In this document: positions 35,687 to 45,354 of the stretch, piece after piece
How positions within the stretch are numbered: position 1 is the stretch's first letter
How the letters are laid out: each line of letters starts with the position of its first letter
Source: an uncultured Alphaproteobacteria bacterium
GTDB taxonomy: Bacteria; Pseudomonadota; Alphaproteobacteria; Rhizobiales; Xanthobacteraceae
DNA: 64,000 bases
Direction: 5' to 3'
Assembly: GCA_963791375.1 (NCBI GenBank)
Contig: CAWBSI010000028.1
Coordinates: forward strand, 102,058-166,057
Notes under the pieces: generated by a model
Database searches by the model: none
Seen by the model: the letters and a program-made list of their open reading frames with translations, nothing else
Told to the model about the DNA's origin: nothing
Position numbers and translations under genes: made by a program

Positions 35687-36664
35687 TCAATCCACCATTG
35701 CTCCCGAAAACTTGGCGACCTTGGCCCATTTCTCGGTTTCTTCGGCAATCAGCTTGCCGAAGGCAGCCGCCGTGCCCCCAAGCACGGTGCCGCCCATATC
35801 GGCAAGCCGTGCCTTGAATTTGGGGTTGGCGAGGGCCGCGTTGATTTCCTTGTTGAGTGTCCCGATGATTTCCGCCGACACGCCCTTCGGAGCACCGACT
35901 CCCACCCAAAAGTTGGCCTCATAGCCGGGTACGAATTCGTTCAACGCCGGAATGTCCGGCAGCGACTCCGAACGCGTGGCGCTGGTAACCGCGAGGGCGC
36001 GTACCTTGCCCGCTCTGACGTACTCGATCGAAGAGGGCAAGGGATCGAACAGGAGCTGCACCTGCCCCCCAATGAGATCGGTCAAGGCCGGCCCACCTCC
36101 GCGATACGCCACGTGGAGCATGTCGACGCCAGTCATCATCTTGAGCAGCTCGCCGTTCATATGTCCCGTGGTTCCAAGGCCGCCAGACGCGATGTTCACC
36201 TTGCCGGGATTTGTTTTGGCATAAGCAATGAATTCCGGGACCGTCTTGGCCGGCAGCAATAGATTTACCTCCATCACATTGGGGACGCGGACGATGCCGC
36301 CGACAGGCACGATGTCGCGTGCAATATCGACGCTGACCTTGCCATAAAGCGCCGCGCTGGTGGTGTTCGCAGAACTCACCATGAGGAGCGTGTAGCCGTC
36401 CGCGGGCGCGTTCACGACCGCCTCGATGCCGATTATGCCGCCCCCGCCAGGCCGATTTTCGACGATGAACTGTTGGCCGGTCCGCTCAGACAGCCATTGA
36501 CCCGTAAGACGCGCGACAATGTCGAGCGAACCGCCCGGCGCAAACGTCACGATCAGCCGCACCGGCCGGTTCGGGTATTCGAGCGTCCATGCGCGTCGAG
36601 AAAATGCTGGAGCGGCAACAGCGGCCGCGGCGAGTTGCAGGAATTGTCGGCGAATGAGCTTCAC
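35687..36664 (-). CDS. Bug/TctC-family periplasmic substrate-binding protein
   Basis: GTG 36664 lies 7 nt after AAGGAG and gives VKLIRRQFLQLAAAAVAAPAF (Tat-like signal). Motifs are PVRLIVTFAPGGSLD, ENRPGGGG and PADGYTLLM. Confidence 0.85.
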   Translation of the reverse strand: MKLIRRQFLQLAAAAVAAPAFSRRAWTLEYPNRPVRLIVTFAPGGSLDIVARLTGQWLSERTGQQFIVENRPGGGGIIGIEAVVNAPADGYTLLMVSSANTTSAALYGKVSVDIARDIVPVGGIVRVPNVMEVNLLLPAKTVPEFIAYAKTNPGKVNIASGGLGTTGHMNGELLKMMTGVDMLHVAYRGGGPALTDLIGGQVQLLFDPLPSSIEYVRAGKVRALAVTSATRSESLPDIPALNEFVPGYEANFWVGVGAPKGVSAEIIGTLNKEINAALANPKFKARLADMGGTVLGGTAAAFGKLIAEETEKWAKVAKFSGAMVD

Positions 36665-36794
36665 GGCGTCAACTCCTTGCTTTCGGAAAATCAGGGTCGG
36701 CCTCCGCATCGACCTCCTGAACCCATCACCGGATAGCATTTTTCGTGAACGTTGATCCATGGTATGCTGAAATACAAATTCATACTTTTTAGGT

Positions 36795-37802
36795 ATGGCA
36801 ATGGAATTGAGACATCTCCGGTATTTCATCGCAGTTGCCGAGGAAGGTCACATCACGAGGGCCGCCGAGCGCCTCGCCATGCAGCAGCCGCCGCTCAGTC
36901 GACAGATCAAGGCGATCGAACGGGAACTCGATGTGCAATTGCTTCGCCGCAAGCCGCGCGGGGTGGAACTGACCGACGCCGGCCGCACTCTCCTTGCCAA
37001 TGCTCGCGCGATACTGACGCAGGTCGACCACGCCGTTGACGCGACACGGCGCACCGCGCGTGGCGAGCAGGGCCGGATCTGCGTGGGAGTCACGCCCACG
37101 GGTTCATTTCATCCGTTCGTGCCGCAAGTCATTCGCGCGTTCCGAGGCACTTTTCCGCTGGTTACGCTCACACTGGAAGAGTTCGCCAGCCACGAACTCG
37201 TGGAACACCTGCGAAATGGGCGGATCGACGCGGCCTTTGTTCGTTCCCTGTTTGCCGATCCGAACGGACTGGTCATCAACCCCTTGCTGGAAGAGCCGCT
37301 GGTGGTGGCGTTACCCAGCGGGCACGCACTGGCTCAGAGCGGCGGCGACTCAGCCCTTTCATGGAAGGCCCTTGCGGGCGAAACATTCTTTATTCCAGGG
37401 GGTCAGTACGGGCTGGCGTTGTACGACGCGACGATCGTGGCGTGCCATGCGGCGGGGTTCACCCCGCGCATGGGCCAGGAAGCTCCGCGCCTCGCGTCGA
37501 CGCTCAACCTCGTTGCTTCCGGTCTCGGCGTTTCCGTCGTTCCGGCCTCGTTGCGGCGGATGCACATGGACGGCGTGGCGTATCGTCGCCTCAAGGGCGG
37601 CCCCACTCAACCGAAGTCGCCGCTCATTCTCGCATCGCGCCGCGGCGACGCTTCACCGGTGGTTCGACACTTCGTGAATTTAGCCAGACGCGCTGCGAAA
37701 GCCTTTCACGCACACGATTGCGAAACGCGAAATTCGGCGCGCTTGAAACGAATCAACCGCAGCCGGATCTCTCCGACTGCGGCCGGTCGCGACAGGAGCT
37801 AG
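36795..37802 (+). CDS. LysR-family transcriptional regulator
   Basis: N-terminal HTH region MELRHLRYFIAVAEEGHITRAAERLAMQQPPLSRQIKAIERELDVQLL. It is divergent from the Bug gene. Confidence 0.9.
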   Translation: MAMELRHLRYFIAVAEEGHITRAAERLAMQQPPLSRQIKAIERELDVQLLRRKPRGVELTDAGRTLLANARAILTQVDHAVDATRRTARGEQGRICVGVTPTGSFHPFVPQVIRAFRGTFPLVTLTLEEFASHELVEHLRNGRIDAAFVRSLFADPNGLVINPLLEEPLVVALPSGHALAQSGGDSALSWKALAGETFFIPGGQYGLALYDATIVACHAAGFTPRMGQEAPRLASTLNLVASGLGVSVVPASLRRMHMDGVAYRRLKGGPTQPKSPLILASRRGDASPVVRHFVNLARRAAKAFHAHDCETRNSARLKRINRSRISPTAAGRDRS

Positions 37803-38704
37803 ATTCCGCGATTCCAGTAATCGCAATAGCGCTCGATATTGCCGGGGAGGTTCTGGGCATAGCCCGGGAGATTCTCCCATTTCGGCAATTTTACCTCGGC
37901 GAGCGCGCCAGCATAGCACTTGCCCTCGTCGGTCGCCTTCTTAACCGCGGCCGAGAGATCGAGCATGTAATCGAGGTCGACTTTGACGTCGTCCTTGTTT
38001 CCGATCTGCCGGCCACCGGCGCCGGGGTGCCCGGAGATCAAGCGGTCCCAATCCATCGTCAGGATCTTCTTCATGGTGTCTTCCTGATCAGGCAGGTAGG
38101 TGTCCGCCATGATGCGGAACTGCGTGCCGGACAATGGCAGGAAGTCGACGACGAAGATGATCTTCTCCTTGGGCAGGCGCATGATCAGCGAATTGTCGCC
38201 GTGGTTCTTGCCGAGATAGAGAAGCTCGAGCGTCGTGCCGCCGAGCTCGACCTTGCCGCCGCTGTCGGTGACGACGAGATCGGGAACGACGATGTCCGGC
38301 GCCTTGCGCTGTTCCAGCAGAGACTTGGTCCTCCAGTGGGCGACGAAGGTGGCGCCGAGATCCTTGAACGGCTTGCCGCCGGCGATGTGGTCGAAGTGGC
38401 TGTGGCTGTACACGACGTACTTGATCGGCGCCTGGGTGATCTTGCGGATCTCGGCGATGTAGGCCGCCGCCGCCGGCCGCCGCTCCCCGATCGGATCGGT
38501 GGCGATCACGCCGTCGGGCGTGACGATGAACATGGCCTGGTGGCCCTGATAGCGGAAAATATAGACGCCATCGGTGCCATCGACCTTGGTGGTGGAGAAC
38601 AGCGGCGGCGCCGGGGCCGCGGGCGCCGCCGGGGCTTGCGCGAAAGCCGGCAGAGCCGCGGCGGTCAGAACGCCCGCGAGCGCTGCAGTGGCTAGACGTG
38701 ACAT
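37799..38704 (-). CDS. MBL-fold metallo-hydrolase (secreted)
   Basis: ATG 38704 (SD AGGGAGAG), a signal peptide (AALAGVLTAAALPAFAQA) and the metal motif YSHSHFDHIAGG. Confidence 0.8.
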   Translation of the reverse strand: MSRLATAALAGVLTAAALPAFAQAPAAPAAPAPPLFSTTKVDGTDGVYIFRYQGHQAMFIVTPDGVIATDPIGERRPAAAAYIAEIRKITQAPIKYVVYSHSHFDHIAGGKPFKDLGATFVAHWRTKSLLEQRKAPDIVVPDLVVTDSGGKVELGGTTLELLYLGKNHGDNSLIMRLPKEKIIFVVDFLPLSGTQFRIMADTYLPDQEDTMKKILTMDWDRLISGHPGAGGRQIGNKDDVKVDLDYMLDLSAAVKKATDEGKCYAGALAEVKLPKWENLPGYAQNLPGNIERYCDYWNRGI

Positions 38705-38844
38705 GGATCTCTCCCTTGCTCTTCGTTTGAGACCGCTTGTGCGGTGTTTTCGGACCAAGTGAACGCCGGTCGCCCCTGATAAAGCCGTGACGAACCGGTG
38801 TTCATCTCGCCGATGAAACTCTAGCACGCCGCCGTTGGGCGCGC

Positions 38845-39639
38845 TTAAAAATGTCCGGCGCGCGAGGACGCGCGATGATGGAGACGAGGAAGCGTGCGTG
38901 CACTTGGATCCAGCGCGGGAGCCAAACCTGCCATGCCGGACATCACCCGAACAGCGATGCCAAATAGATAGGCTGCACCCGCCGCTAGTCCGCCGACGAG
39001 CATGGTTTGAAAGGCGGACTTGGCCATGTTGATTCCGGTCAGCCGCCCCTTCACCGCCCCGAAGACGCCGAGCGCTATCCCGGTAAAGACGACCGAATAG
39101 ATCAGAGCCCGATGCAGCTCCAGGCCGAGGATGTAAGGCACCAGAGGGATCAAACCGCCGACGATATAGGAAATCGCGATCGTCAGGGCGCTGACCGGGG
39201 CACGCTTCGGGTCCGGGCGCTCCAGGCCCAGCTCAAAGCGCATCATGAAGTCGACCCATCGTTTCGGATCGGCGGCAATGGCGCCGGTCACCTGCGCGAG
39301 CGCCGGTCCTTCCAGTCCATAGCCGCGAAAGATGCCCGCGACCTCGTCGAGCTCGACCTCGCGGAGTTCCCGGATCTCCTGATGCTCGCGGCGTTCCTCG
39401 GAGGCGTAATGTTCTTCGTCGGTGCGCGCGGCGAGATATCCGCCGAGGCCCATGGCGATCGCGCCCGCGGCGACCTCGGCCAATCCCGCCGTGACGATGA
39501 TCTGGGACGAGGTCACCGCGGCGGAGAGCCCGGCGGCCAGGGCGAATGGCACGGTCAATCCGTCCGCCATCCCGATCACGACGTCGCGGACGGATTCCGA
39601 GCCGGTGAAATGCCTCTCTACGTGCGGTGTTGCCGGCAA
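38845..39639 (-). CDS. VIT1/CCC1-family iron/manganese transporter
   Basis: RDVVIGMADGLTVPFALAAGL...EEHYASEERREHQEIRE...ISYIVGGLIPLVPY, typical of the VIT family. The TTG 39639 start is supported by AGGAGG 6 nt upstream. Confidence 0.75.
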   Translation of the reverse strand: MPATPHVERHFTGSESVRDVVIGMADGLTVPFALAAGLSAAVTSSQIIVTAGLAEVAAGAIAMGLGGYLAARTDEEHYASEERREHQEIRELREVELDEVAGIFRGYGLEGPALAQVTGAIAADPKRWVDFMMRFELGLERPDPKRAPVSALTIAISYIVGGLIPLVPYILGLELHRALIYSVVFTGIALGVFGAVKGRLTGINMAKSAFQTMLVGGLAAGAAYLFGIAVRVMSGMAGLAPALDPSARTLPRLHHRASSRAGHF

Positions 39640-39699
39640 GACCGACCTCCTGGGGGATAAAAGGTCCGAAATCCATGACCGCGCGGGCGCACAGCAGAC

Positions 39700-40299
39700 T
39701 TACTCCGTGCGCTTTTGCCCGGTGATCATCGCACGCACCAGATTTTCGCGGTGCGCAAAGCTCGCAAGCGCAACCCCGAAGACATGGAGCACGACGAAGA
39801 CGAGCGTAACGTTGGCCACGGTTTCATGTACCTGCTTCATCAGCAGCTGCGGACGCCTCTGACCGGGAACGCGCGGCGGGCGCTCGACCTTGGCGACGAC
39901 TCCGGCCATCGGGCCCTCGCCGCGATCCGCCGCAAGATTGGCCATCCCGGTTCCAACGGTCGCCGCGATCATGATCAGCAGCGCGACGATCATGGCGCCG
40001 CCCGCCGGACTGTGTCCGAGGTAGCGCTTCGACGAAAACCGTATCAGCCCCGCGAGATAGTCGAACACCGCGCGCGGGCCGCGCACGAAGTTCACGAACC
40101 GGGCATTTTCCGGACCGACAAATCCCCACACGATGCGCAGGACCACGAGCGCGCCCGCGAGATAGCCGAGCCACGAATGCATCCACAGCGGCTCATCGGT
40201 CGCCCAGTCGATGAAAATGGCGGCTGCGAGCAGCCAGTGAACCGACCGGATCAGAGGGTCCCAGACTAGGACTTCCGTTCTCTGCACGCCTGCTTCCAT
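39700..40299 (-). CDS. cytochrome b561/b-type (Ni/Fe-hydrogenase b-type cytochrome subunit-like) membrane protein
   Basis: VWDPLIRSVHWLLAAAIF...HSWLGYLAGALVVLRIVWGFVG...GHSPAGGAMIVALL...VHETVANVTLVFVVLHVFG, a four-TM protein with conserved His residues. Confidence 0.7.
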   Translation of the reverse strand: MEAGVQRTEVLVWDPLIRSVHWLLAAAIFIDWATDEPLWMHSWLGYLAGALVVLRIVWGFVGPENARFVNFVRGPRAVFDYLAGLIRFSSKRYLGHSPAGGAMIVALLIMIAATVGTGMANLAADRGEGPMAGVVAKVERPPRVPGQRRPQLLMKQVHETVANVTLVFVVLHVFGVALASFAHRENLVRAMITGQKRTE

Positions 40300-40401
40300 G
40301 TTTGCTGCACTCCAATGTCATGTCCAACGTGCCGCGGCGCAGACTATTGATGCGTCCGATACGTTGCTGCTTTGATTCAGATCAGCATCTTTGAGGCTGG
40401 A

Positions 40402-41133
40402 TTATGAGTTGGCGTGCGCCCGGGCCGCGCCGATTGCCGCATGGTCGATGACGACGAAACGGGCGTCGTGCCGGTCCTGGCGCAACAACGCGACGCGGTC
40501 GATCGGCAGCGGTCGTGGGCCATATGTCACAGCGAACCTGTTCCGCAGAAACGACAGCACGGCGGCTTGCCGGTCCGCACTGAGCCGGCCGGTCAGCGTC
40601 AGGTGCAGGCGAAAGTCGTCGAACACGTAAGGATAGCCCCAGCGGTCGAGGTTGCCGGCCTGTCGCTCGCTCAGGCCGACCATGCGCCGGTCCCGATCAT
40701 GTGCGCTCAGCGGCGCGCGAAAACGATCGAAGGTGGTGACGCAGGCGGCGGCGAACCGATCGATCGCAGGACTCGCCGCGGTCGGGATGACCGCGATGAA
40801 GCCCTGCAGCGTGGCGACCATCGGCTCGAAACTCGGAGCGGTCTCGATCGAGCGGCAGAACTTTTGAAGTTCCTCGACGAGTTCGGATTCCCCGGCTTCC
40901 TTCGCCAGGTGAAACGGCGCCTTCAGCGTGGCATGGAAACCGTAGCGGCGAGGCTCGGCAGTCAGATCGCTCCAGGCGGCTTCGCCCATCGGCAGCGCAT
41001 CAGGAAAATCGACGTCCATCCCAGTGTAGCAATCATATCCGAGCACTGCGGCGCCGAACCGGTTGAGCGCGCTGTCCGCGGCGGGGACAAAATAGATCGC
41101 GTATCTCGGATTTACCGGCGCCGCTCCGGCCAC
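40402..41133 (-). CDS. DUF1045 / 2H-phosphoesterase-like putative phosphonate metabolism protein
   Basis: RYAIYFVP..., with two H-x-T-L motifs (YGFHATLKAPF, FRLHLTLTG) as in the 2H phosphoesterase fold. It has a GTG start at 41133 and sits in the phnF operon. Confidence 0.75.
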   Translation of the reverse strand: MAGAAPVNPRYAIYFVPAADSALNRFGAAVLGYDCYTGMDVDFPDALPMGEAAWSDLTAEPRRYGFHATLKAPFHLAKEAGESELVEELQKFCRSIETAPSFEPMVATLQGFIAVIPTAASPAIDRFAAACVTTFDRFRAPLSAHDRDRRMVGLSERQAGNLDRWGYPYVFDDFRLHLTLTGRLSADRQAAVLSFLRNRFAVTYGPRPLPIDRVALLRQDRHDARFVVIDHAAIGAARAHANS

Positions 41134-41151
41134 CGCCTCACAACCGCCGCC

Positions 41152-42357
41152 TCACGACAGCCGCGACGCATCGGTCAGATGGACGATGCGCCCGGCGGAG
41201 ACGACCGCAACCACCTGGGGGCGGCTCGCCGCGGGATCGACCAGGATCACGTCGGCGCGCCGGCCGGCCGCGATGACGCCGCGGTCCCCGAGGCCGACCG
41301 CGGCGGCTGGGGTTTCGGAAATCAGCGCCCACGCGTTTTCGAGCGGCATGACCTTGTCGGCCGCCAGCCGAAACGCCGCGATGAGTTGCGCCGGGTAGTA
41401 ATAATCAGATGCCAGGATCGAGCACAGTCCGCGCGCTATCATGTCTTTCGCGTTGATCCATCCGATGTGGCTGCCGCCGCGCACCACGTTCGGAGCGCCG
41501 AGCACGATGTCGTCGCCGCCGGACGCCGCCTCCTGCGCGGTTTCGATGGTGATCGGAAACTCGGCGAGACGGCAACCGATGGCGCGGAACCAGCGGCGCT
41601 GCTCGGGGCTCGCATCATCGTGGGACAGCAGCGGCACGCCGTTGGCGCGGGCGCATGCGGCGAGGCGCTCGATCGAACCCGGCACTTCGTCGGTACGGCC
41701 ATTGACGCGCGCGACCAGCTCCAGGAACTGATCCAGCGGGAGGCCGGAGCGCTCGGCCATCTGCGCGATCTTGGCCGGGCGCGACTTCTCCTCCGGCACG
41801 TGGTTGTTGAACGCGAGAAGGCCGATGCGGCGCGCGCCGATCCACTCCGCGACTTCGGCTTCTGCGTCGAGATTGTGGGTTTCGTGGCGCAGGTGGAACC
41901 TGGTGTCGGCGCCGAGCCGCCGTCGCAGCGCTTCCATCGCGGCGAGCATGGCGCGGGCATTGTCGGCGCTGCGCAGGCCGGGCTCCCATGACCACGTCAC
42001 GCCGTGGAACACCGTGGTGATGCCGTTCGCCACCACCTGGCGATCGGTATCCAAGAGAGCGATGTCGAGCGCAAAATGAACGCCGGGACGCGGCATCATC
42101 TGCCGCTCGAAGGCGTCGCCATGAATATCCACGATGCCAGGCAGCACCAGGAGCCCGCCGGCATCGAGCGCGCGCCACCCCCCACCATCCTGGCCGCCGT
42201 CCCGGCCGACATCGCGGATCACCCCGTCCTGCAGATCGACGCTCGTCGCCTCGAACCCGCCGCCGACGAGAACACGGCCGCCGACGATGCGAAGGCCCGG
42301 CAGCGCTGCGGCCGATGCCGACGGCCTGCGTATCTTCATATCGGGCATCGACGACAT
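41152..42357 (-). CDS. PhnM-like amidohydrolase (second, divergent copy)
   Basis: LVLPGIVDIHGDAFERQMMPRPGVHF...ITTVFHGV...LSHDDASPEQ...EFPITIETAQ...GAPNVVRGGSH..ILASDYYYP, collinear with PhnM at 47777-48943. Start MSSMPDM at 42357. Confidence 0.75.
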   Translation of the reverse strand: MSSMPDMKIRRPSASAAALPGLRIVGGRVLVGGGFEATSVDLQDGVIRDVGRDGGQDGGGWRALDAGGLLVLPGIVDIHGDAFERQMMPRPGVHFALDIALLDTDRQVVANGITTVFHGVTWSWEPGLRSADNARAMLAAMEALRRRLGADTRFHLRHETHNLDAEAEVAEWIGARRIGLLAFNNHVPEEKSRPAKIAQMAERSGLPLDQFLELVARVNGRTDEVPGSIERLAACARANGVPLLSHDDASPEQRRWFRAIGCRLAEFPITIETAQEAASGGDDIVLGAPNVVRGGSHIGWINAKDMIARGLCSILASDYYYPAQLIAAFRLAADKVMPLENAWALISETPAAAVGLGDRGVIAAGRRADVILVDPAASRPQVVAVVSAGRIVHLTDASRLS

Positions 42358-42361
42358 CGTT

Positions 42362-43099
42362 TCAGCTCTCCACCACCAATTCGACGCGGTCCGCCGCAAA
42401 CCGCGTGCGTTTGGTCGACAACGGCTCGCCGGACGGGGCCACATCGATGCTTTCGACCAGGAGCATGGGACGCCCGGGGGCGATCCGCAGCCGCTGCGCA
42501 TCGACGGCATCGGCCATGGCCGCGGAGATATGGGTACTCTGGCGGCGGTAGTCGCGGACGCCGTAATGGGCGAAGGTCGCGGTGAGCCCGCGCTTGGCCC
42601 GGAACACCCTGGCGGCATCGGCCATTCGGCGCGCCGGCAGCCAGGTCGTGGCAATGCAGATCGGCACGCGATCGGCGCTGCGCAGGATTTCCAGGCGCAC
42701 GACGGCGTCGCCCGCGGCGAGACCGAGCCGCTGCGCCACCGCGCGCGTCGCCGGCTCCTGCGTATCTGCAATCAGACGCCCGCCCACCTCGCGGCCGGCG
42801 GTGCCGACGATTTCCGAAAACCGCGTCCGCACCCCGATCGGATAGGCGAGCCGGCGCGGCGCGACGAAGGTGCCGCTGCCGCGCTCGGCGCGCACCAGGC
42901 CGCGCTGCGCGAGATCGGCGAGGGCGCGGCGCACGGTGTGGCGGTTGACGTCGAAACGGCTCGCGATCTCCACCTCGCCGGGCAGGCGCTCGCCGGACGC
43001 ATAGGCGCCGGCGATGATCTCCTGCTCGATGTCGTCGGCGATCCGACGCCACAGCGTCACGCCTTGCAGGCCGGCATCGTTGGGGGTTCGCAGCATCAT
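42362..43099 (-). CDS. phnF: GntR/HutC-family transcriptional regulator PhnF
   Basis: The winged HTH is LWRRIADDIEQEIIAGAYASGERLPGEVEIASRFDVNRHTVRRALADLAQRGLVRAERGSGTFV, followed by a UTRA-like C-terminal domain. It is divergent from phnG. Confidence 0.85.
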   Translation of the reverse strand: MMLRTPNDAGLQGVTLWRRIADDIEQEIIAGAYASGERLPGEVEIASRFDVNRHTVRRALADLAQRGLVRAERGSGTFVAPRRLAYPIGVRTRFSEIVGTAGREVGGRLIADTQEPATRAVAQRLGLAAGDAVVRLEILRSADRVPICIATTWLPARRMADAARVFRAKRGLTATFAHYGVRDYRRQSTHISAAMADAVDAQRLRIAPGRPMLLVESIDVAPSGEPLSTKRTRFAADRVELVVES

Positions 43100-43107
43100 A
43101 ACTAAAA

Positions 43108-43125
43108 CCGTCATCACGTCGTCAT
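43108..43125 (+). promoter_or_regulatory. candidate Pho box upstream of phnG
   Basis: CCGTCAT-CACG-TCGTCAT has 11/14 matches to CTGTCAT-N4-CTGTCAT with an 11-bp period. It lies about 80 nt upstream of ATG 43204. Confidence 0.45.
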
Positions 43126-43141
43126 TGACGCCGTTGTAGGA

Positions 43142-43163
43142 GTTGTCTATTACATTAGACAAC
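43142..43163. promoter_or_regulatory. perfect palindrome GTTGTCTA-TTACAT-TAGACAAC (candidate PhnF operator)
   Basis: An 8-6-8 inverted repeat read directly from the sequence. The half-sites contain GTcTA / TAgAC, resembling the HutC-subfamily GTnTAnAC logic. It sits between the Pho-box-like repeat and the phnG start. Confidence 0.45.
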
Positions 43164-43203
43164 TTTGCAAGGGGATTTTTTGACAGCCGTGATCGCAGCG
43201 CCG

Positions 43204-43656
43204 ATGCAGGACAAACTTACGGACGGCCGCCGCGCCGCGATGGCGACGCTGGCCGACGCGCGCACCGACGAGATCGCGACCCTGCTGGCGTCGATCGGCG
43301 GCGCTCCGGACCACATCGAGCTGCGCCCGGTCAAGACCGGGCTGGTGATGCTGCAGGGCCGCATCGGCGGCGACGGCGCACCCTTCAATTTCGGCGAGGC
43401 GACGGTGACCCGCGCAGCGGTGCGGATCGCCTCCGGCGAAGTGGGCTTTGCGTATGTGCTGGGGCGCGACGGCGACAAGGCGCGGCTCGCCGCGCTGTGC
43501 GACGCGCTGTGGCAGAACGAGGCGGCTCGCGAAGGCGTGGAGCGCCACGTGCTGGCGCCGATCCGCGCGCGGCTCGAGAGCGAGCGCGCAAAGCGGCGCG
43601 AGCAGACCGCGGCGAGCCGCGTCGATTTCTTCACGCTCGTGCGCGGCGAGGACTGA
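43204..43656 (+). CDS. phnG: C-P lyase complex protein PhnG
   Basis: ...LRPVKTGLVMLQGRIGGDGAPFNFGEATVTRAAVRI...GFAYVLGRD...SRVDFFTLVRGED. I prefer ATG 43204; the track ORF begins at TTG 43165. Confidence 0.85.
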   Translation: MQDKLTDGRRAAMATLADARTDEIATLLASIGGAPDHIELRPVKTGLVMLQGRIGGDGAPFNFGEATVTRAAVRIASGEVGFAYVLGRDGDKARLAALCDALWQNEAAREGVERHVLAPIRARLESERAKRREQTAASRVDFFTLVRGED

Positions 43657-43658
43657 AC

Positions 43659-44252
43659 ATGCTCGCTCCCGGCTTTTCCGATCCGGTGCTCGCCAGCCAG
43701 GCGGTGTTCCGTACCGTCATGGAGGCATTAGCGCGTCCTGGCAGCGTCGCGGCCGTCGATGCCGCGGTCACGCCGCCGGCGCCGCTCGGGATCGCGGCAG
43801 CAGCGGTCGCTTTGACGCTGCTCGATTTCGAGACGCCGGTGTGGTTCAATTCCACGCTGGCGGCAGCATCCGAGATCGGGGGCTGGCTCAAGTTCCACAC
43901 CGGCGCGCCGCTCACCGCGGATCCCAGCGCCGCCGCATTCGCCTTCATCGCAGATCCCGCGCGCATGTTGGATTTCGACAGCTTTTGCCAGGGAAGCGTG
44001 GAATATCCGGATCGGTCGACGACCCTCGTGCTGCAGGTCGAGCATCTGTCGGAGGGCAACGGGTTCCGTCTCTCCGGCCCCGGCATAAAGGGCGCGCGAT
44101 TGCTTTCTGCAGCGCCGTTGCCCGCTGGCTTCGCCGATCGCATGGCCGCGAACCGCGCGCTGTTTCCCCGCGGCGTCGACATCATCCTGACCTGCGGCCG
44201 GCTGGTGGCGGGACTGCCGCGATCGATTCATCTCACGAAGGAGCGCGCCTGA
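43659..44252 (+). CDS. phnH: C-P lyase complex protein PhnH
   Basis: MLAPGFSDPVLASQAVFRTVMEALARPG...FCQGSVEYPDRSTTLVLQV...FPRGVDIILTCG, typical of PhnH. Confidence 0.85.
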   Translation: MLAPGFSDPVLASQAVFRTVMEALARPGSVAAVDAAVTPPAPLGIAAAAVALTLLDFETPVWFNSTLAAASEIGGWLKFHTGAPLTADPSAAAFAFIADPARMLDFDSFCQGSVEYPDRSTTLVLQVEHLSEGNGFRLSGPGIKGARLLSAAPLPAGFADRMAANRALFPRGVDIILTCGRLVAGLPRSIHLTKERA

Positions 44253-44253
44253 C

Positions 44254-45354
44254 ATGTACGTCGCCGTCAAAGGCGGAGAGCGCGCCATCGAGAACGCTCA
44301 CGCGCTCCTCGCCGCAGCGCGCCGTGGCGACCCCACGGTGCCCGAGCTCAGCCTCGAGCAGATTTCCGAGCAGCTTGCGCTCGCGGTCGACCGCGTGATG
44401 AGCGAAGGCTCGCTCTACGACCGCGAGCTCGCGGCGCTCGCCATCAAGCAGGCCCGCGGCGACATGATCGAGGCGATCTTCCTGGTGCGGGCCTATCGCA
44501 CCACCCTGCCGCGCTTCGGCTCCTCGCAACCCATCGACACCGCCGCGATGGACATCCAGCGCCGCATCTCCGCGACGTTCAAGGATTTGCCGGGCGGCCA
44601 GGTGCTCGGCCCCACCTTCGACTACACCCACCGCCTGCTCGACCACAGCGTCGCCGGCCCCGCCGATCTCGCGCCCCTGGAAACGGCGCCGGCGGAGGCC
44701 GCGTTCCCGCGCCTCACCAAGATCCTCGCCGCCGACGGCCTGATCGAGCCCGCACCGCCGGACACCGGCGCGCCCGCCGGCGATCTCACCCGCGATCCTC
44801 TGACGTTTCCGGCCGATCGCGATCTGCGGCTGCAGAATCTCGCCCGTGGCGATGAGGGATTCCTGCTCGCGCTGGGCTACTCGACCCAGCGCGGCTACGG
44901 CCGCACCCACCCCTTTGCCGGCGAGATCAGGTTCGGCGAGGTCGAGGTCGAGCTGTTCGCGGAGGAGGTGGGCTTTGCCGTCCCGCTCGGCCGCATTGCG
45001 GTCACGGAGTGCCAGTCGATCAACCAGTTCAAGGGCACGGCCACCGAAGCGCCGCGCTTCACCCGGGGCTACGGCCTCGCCTTCGGCCACGGCGAGCGCA
45101 AGGCCATCGCAATGGCGCTGGTCGACCGCGCGCTGCGAGCGCGCGAACTCGGCGAGGAGATCAAGGCGCCGGCGCAGGACGAAGAGTTCGTGCTGTCGCA
45201 CTCGGACAATCTGCAGTCCACCGGCTTCGTCGAGCATCTCAAGCTGCCGCATTACGTGGACTTCCAGGCCGAGCTCGGGCTGGTGCGGCGGCTGCGCGCA
45301 GGCTTTGAGCCGGCTGCGCCTGATGATGCCGATGTCGCGGAGGCCGCAGAATGA
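44254..45354 (+). CDS. phnI: C-P lyase complex protein PhnI
   Basis: MYVAVKGGERAIENAH...AIKQARGDMIEAIFLVRAYRTTLPRF...GYSTQRGYG.THPFAGEIR.G, typical of PhnI. Confidence 0.9.
   Translation: MYVAVKGGERAIENAHALLAAARRGDPTVPELSLEQISEQLALAVDRVMSEGSLYDRELAALAIKQARGDMIEAIFLVRAYRTTLPRFGSSQPIDTAAMDIQRRISATFKDLPGGQVLGPTFDYTHRLLDHSVAGPADLAPLETAPAEAAFPRLTKILAADGLIEPAPPDTGAPAGDLTRDPLTFPADRDLRLQNLARGDEGFLLALGYSTQRGYGRTHPFAGEIRFGEVEVELFAEEVGFAVPLGRIAVTECQSINQFKGTATEAPRFTRGYGLAFGHGERKAIAMALVDRALRARELGEEIKAPAQDEEFVLSHSDNLQSTGFVEHLKLPHYVDFQAELGLVRRLRAGFEPAAPDDADVAEAAE

Noticed and set aside
36768-36782. TGAA-N7-TTCA palindrome just upstream of the LysR gene as a LysR T-N11-A box
   Set aside because: The spacing does not fit the canonical T-N11-A pattern. 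The site lies only 13 nt from the regulator's own ATG, and it is a single short AT-rich palindrome. That is too weak to call.
40414-41991. 525-aa plus-strand ORF, and 42134-43105 (323 aa)
   Set aside because: They are antisense to the DUF1045, PhnM-like and PhnF genes, which have clear family motifs. Their composition is shadow-ORF-like.
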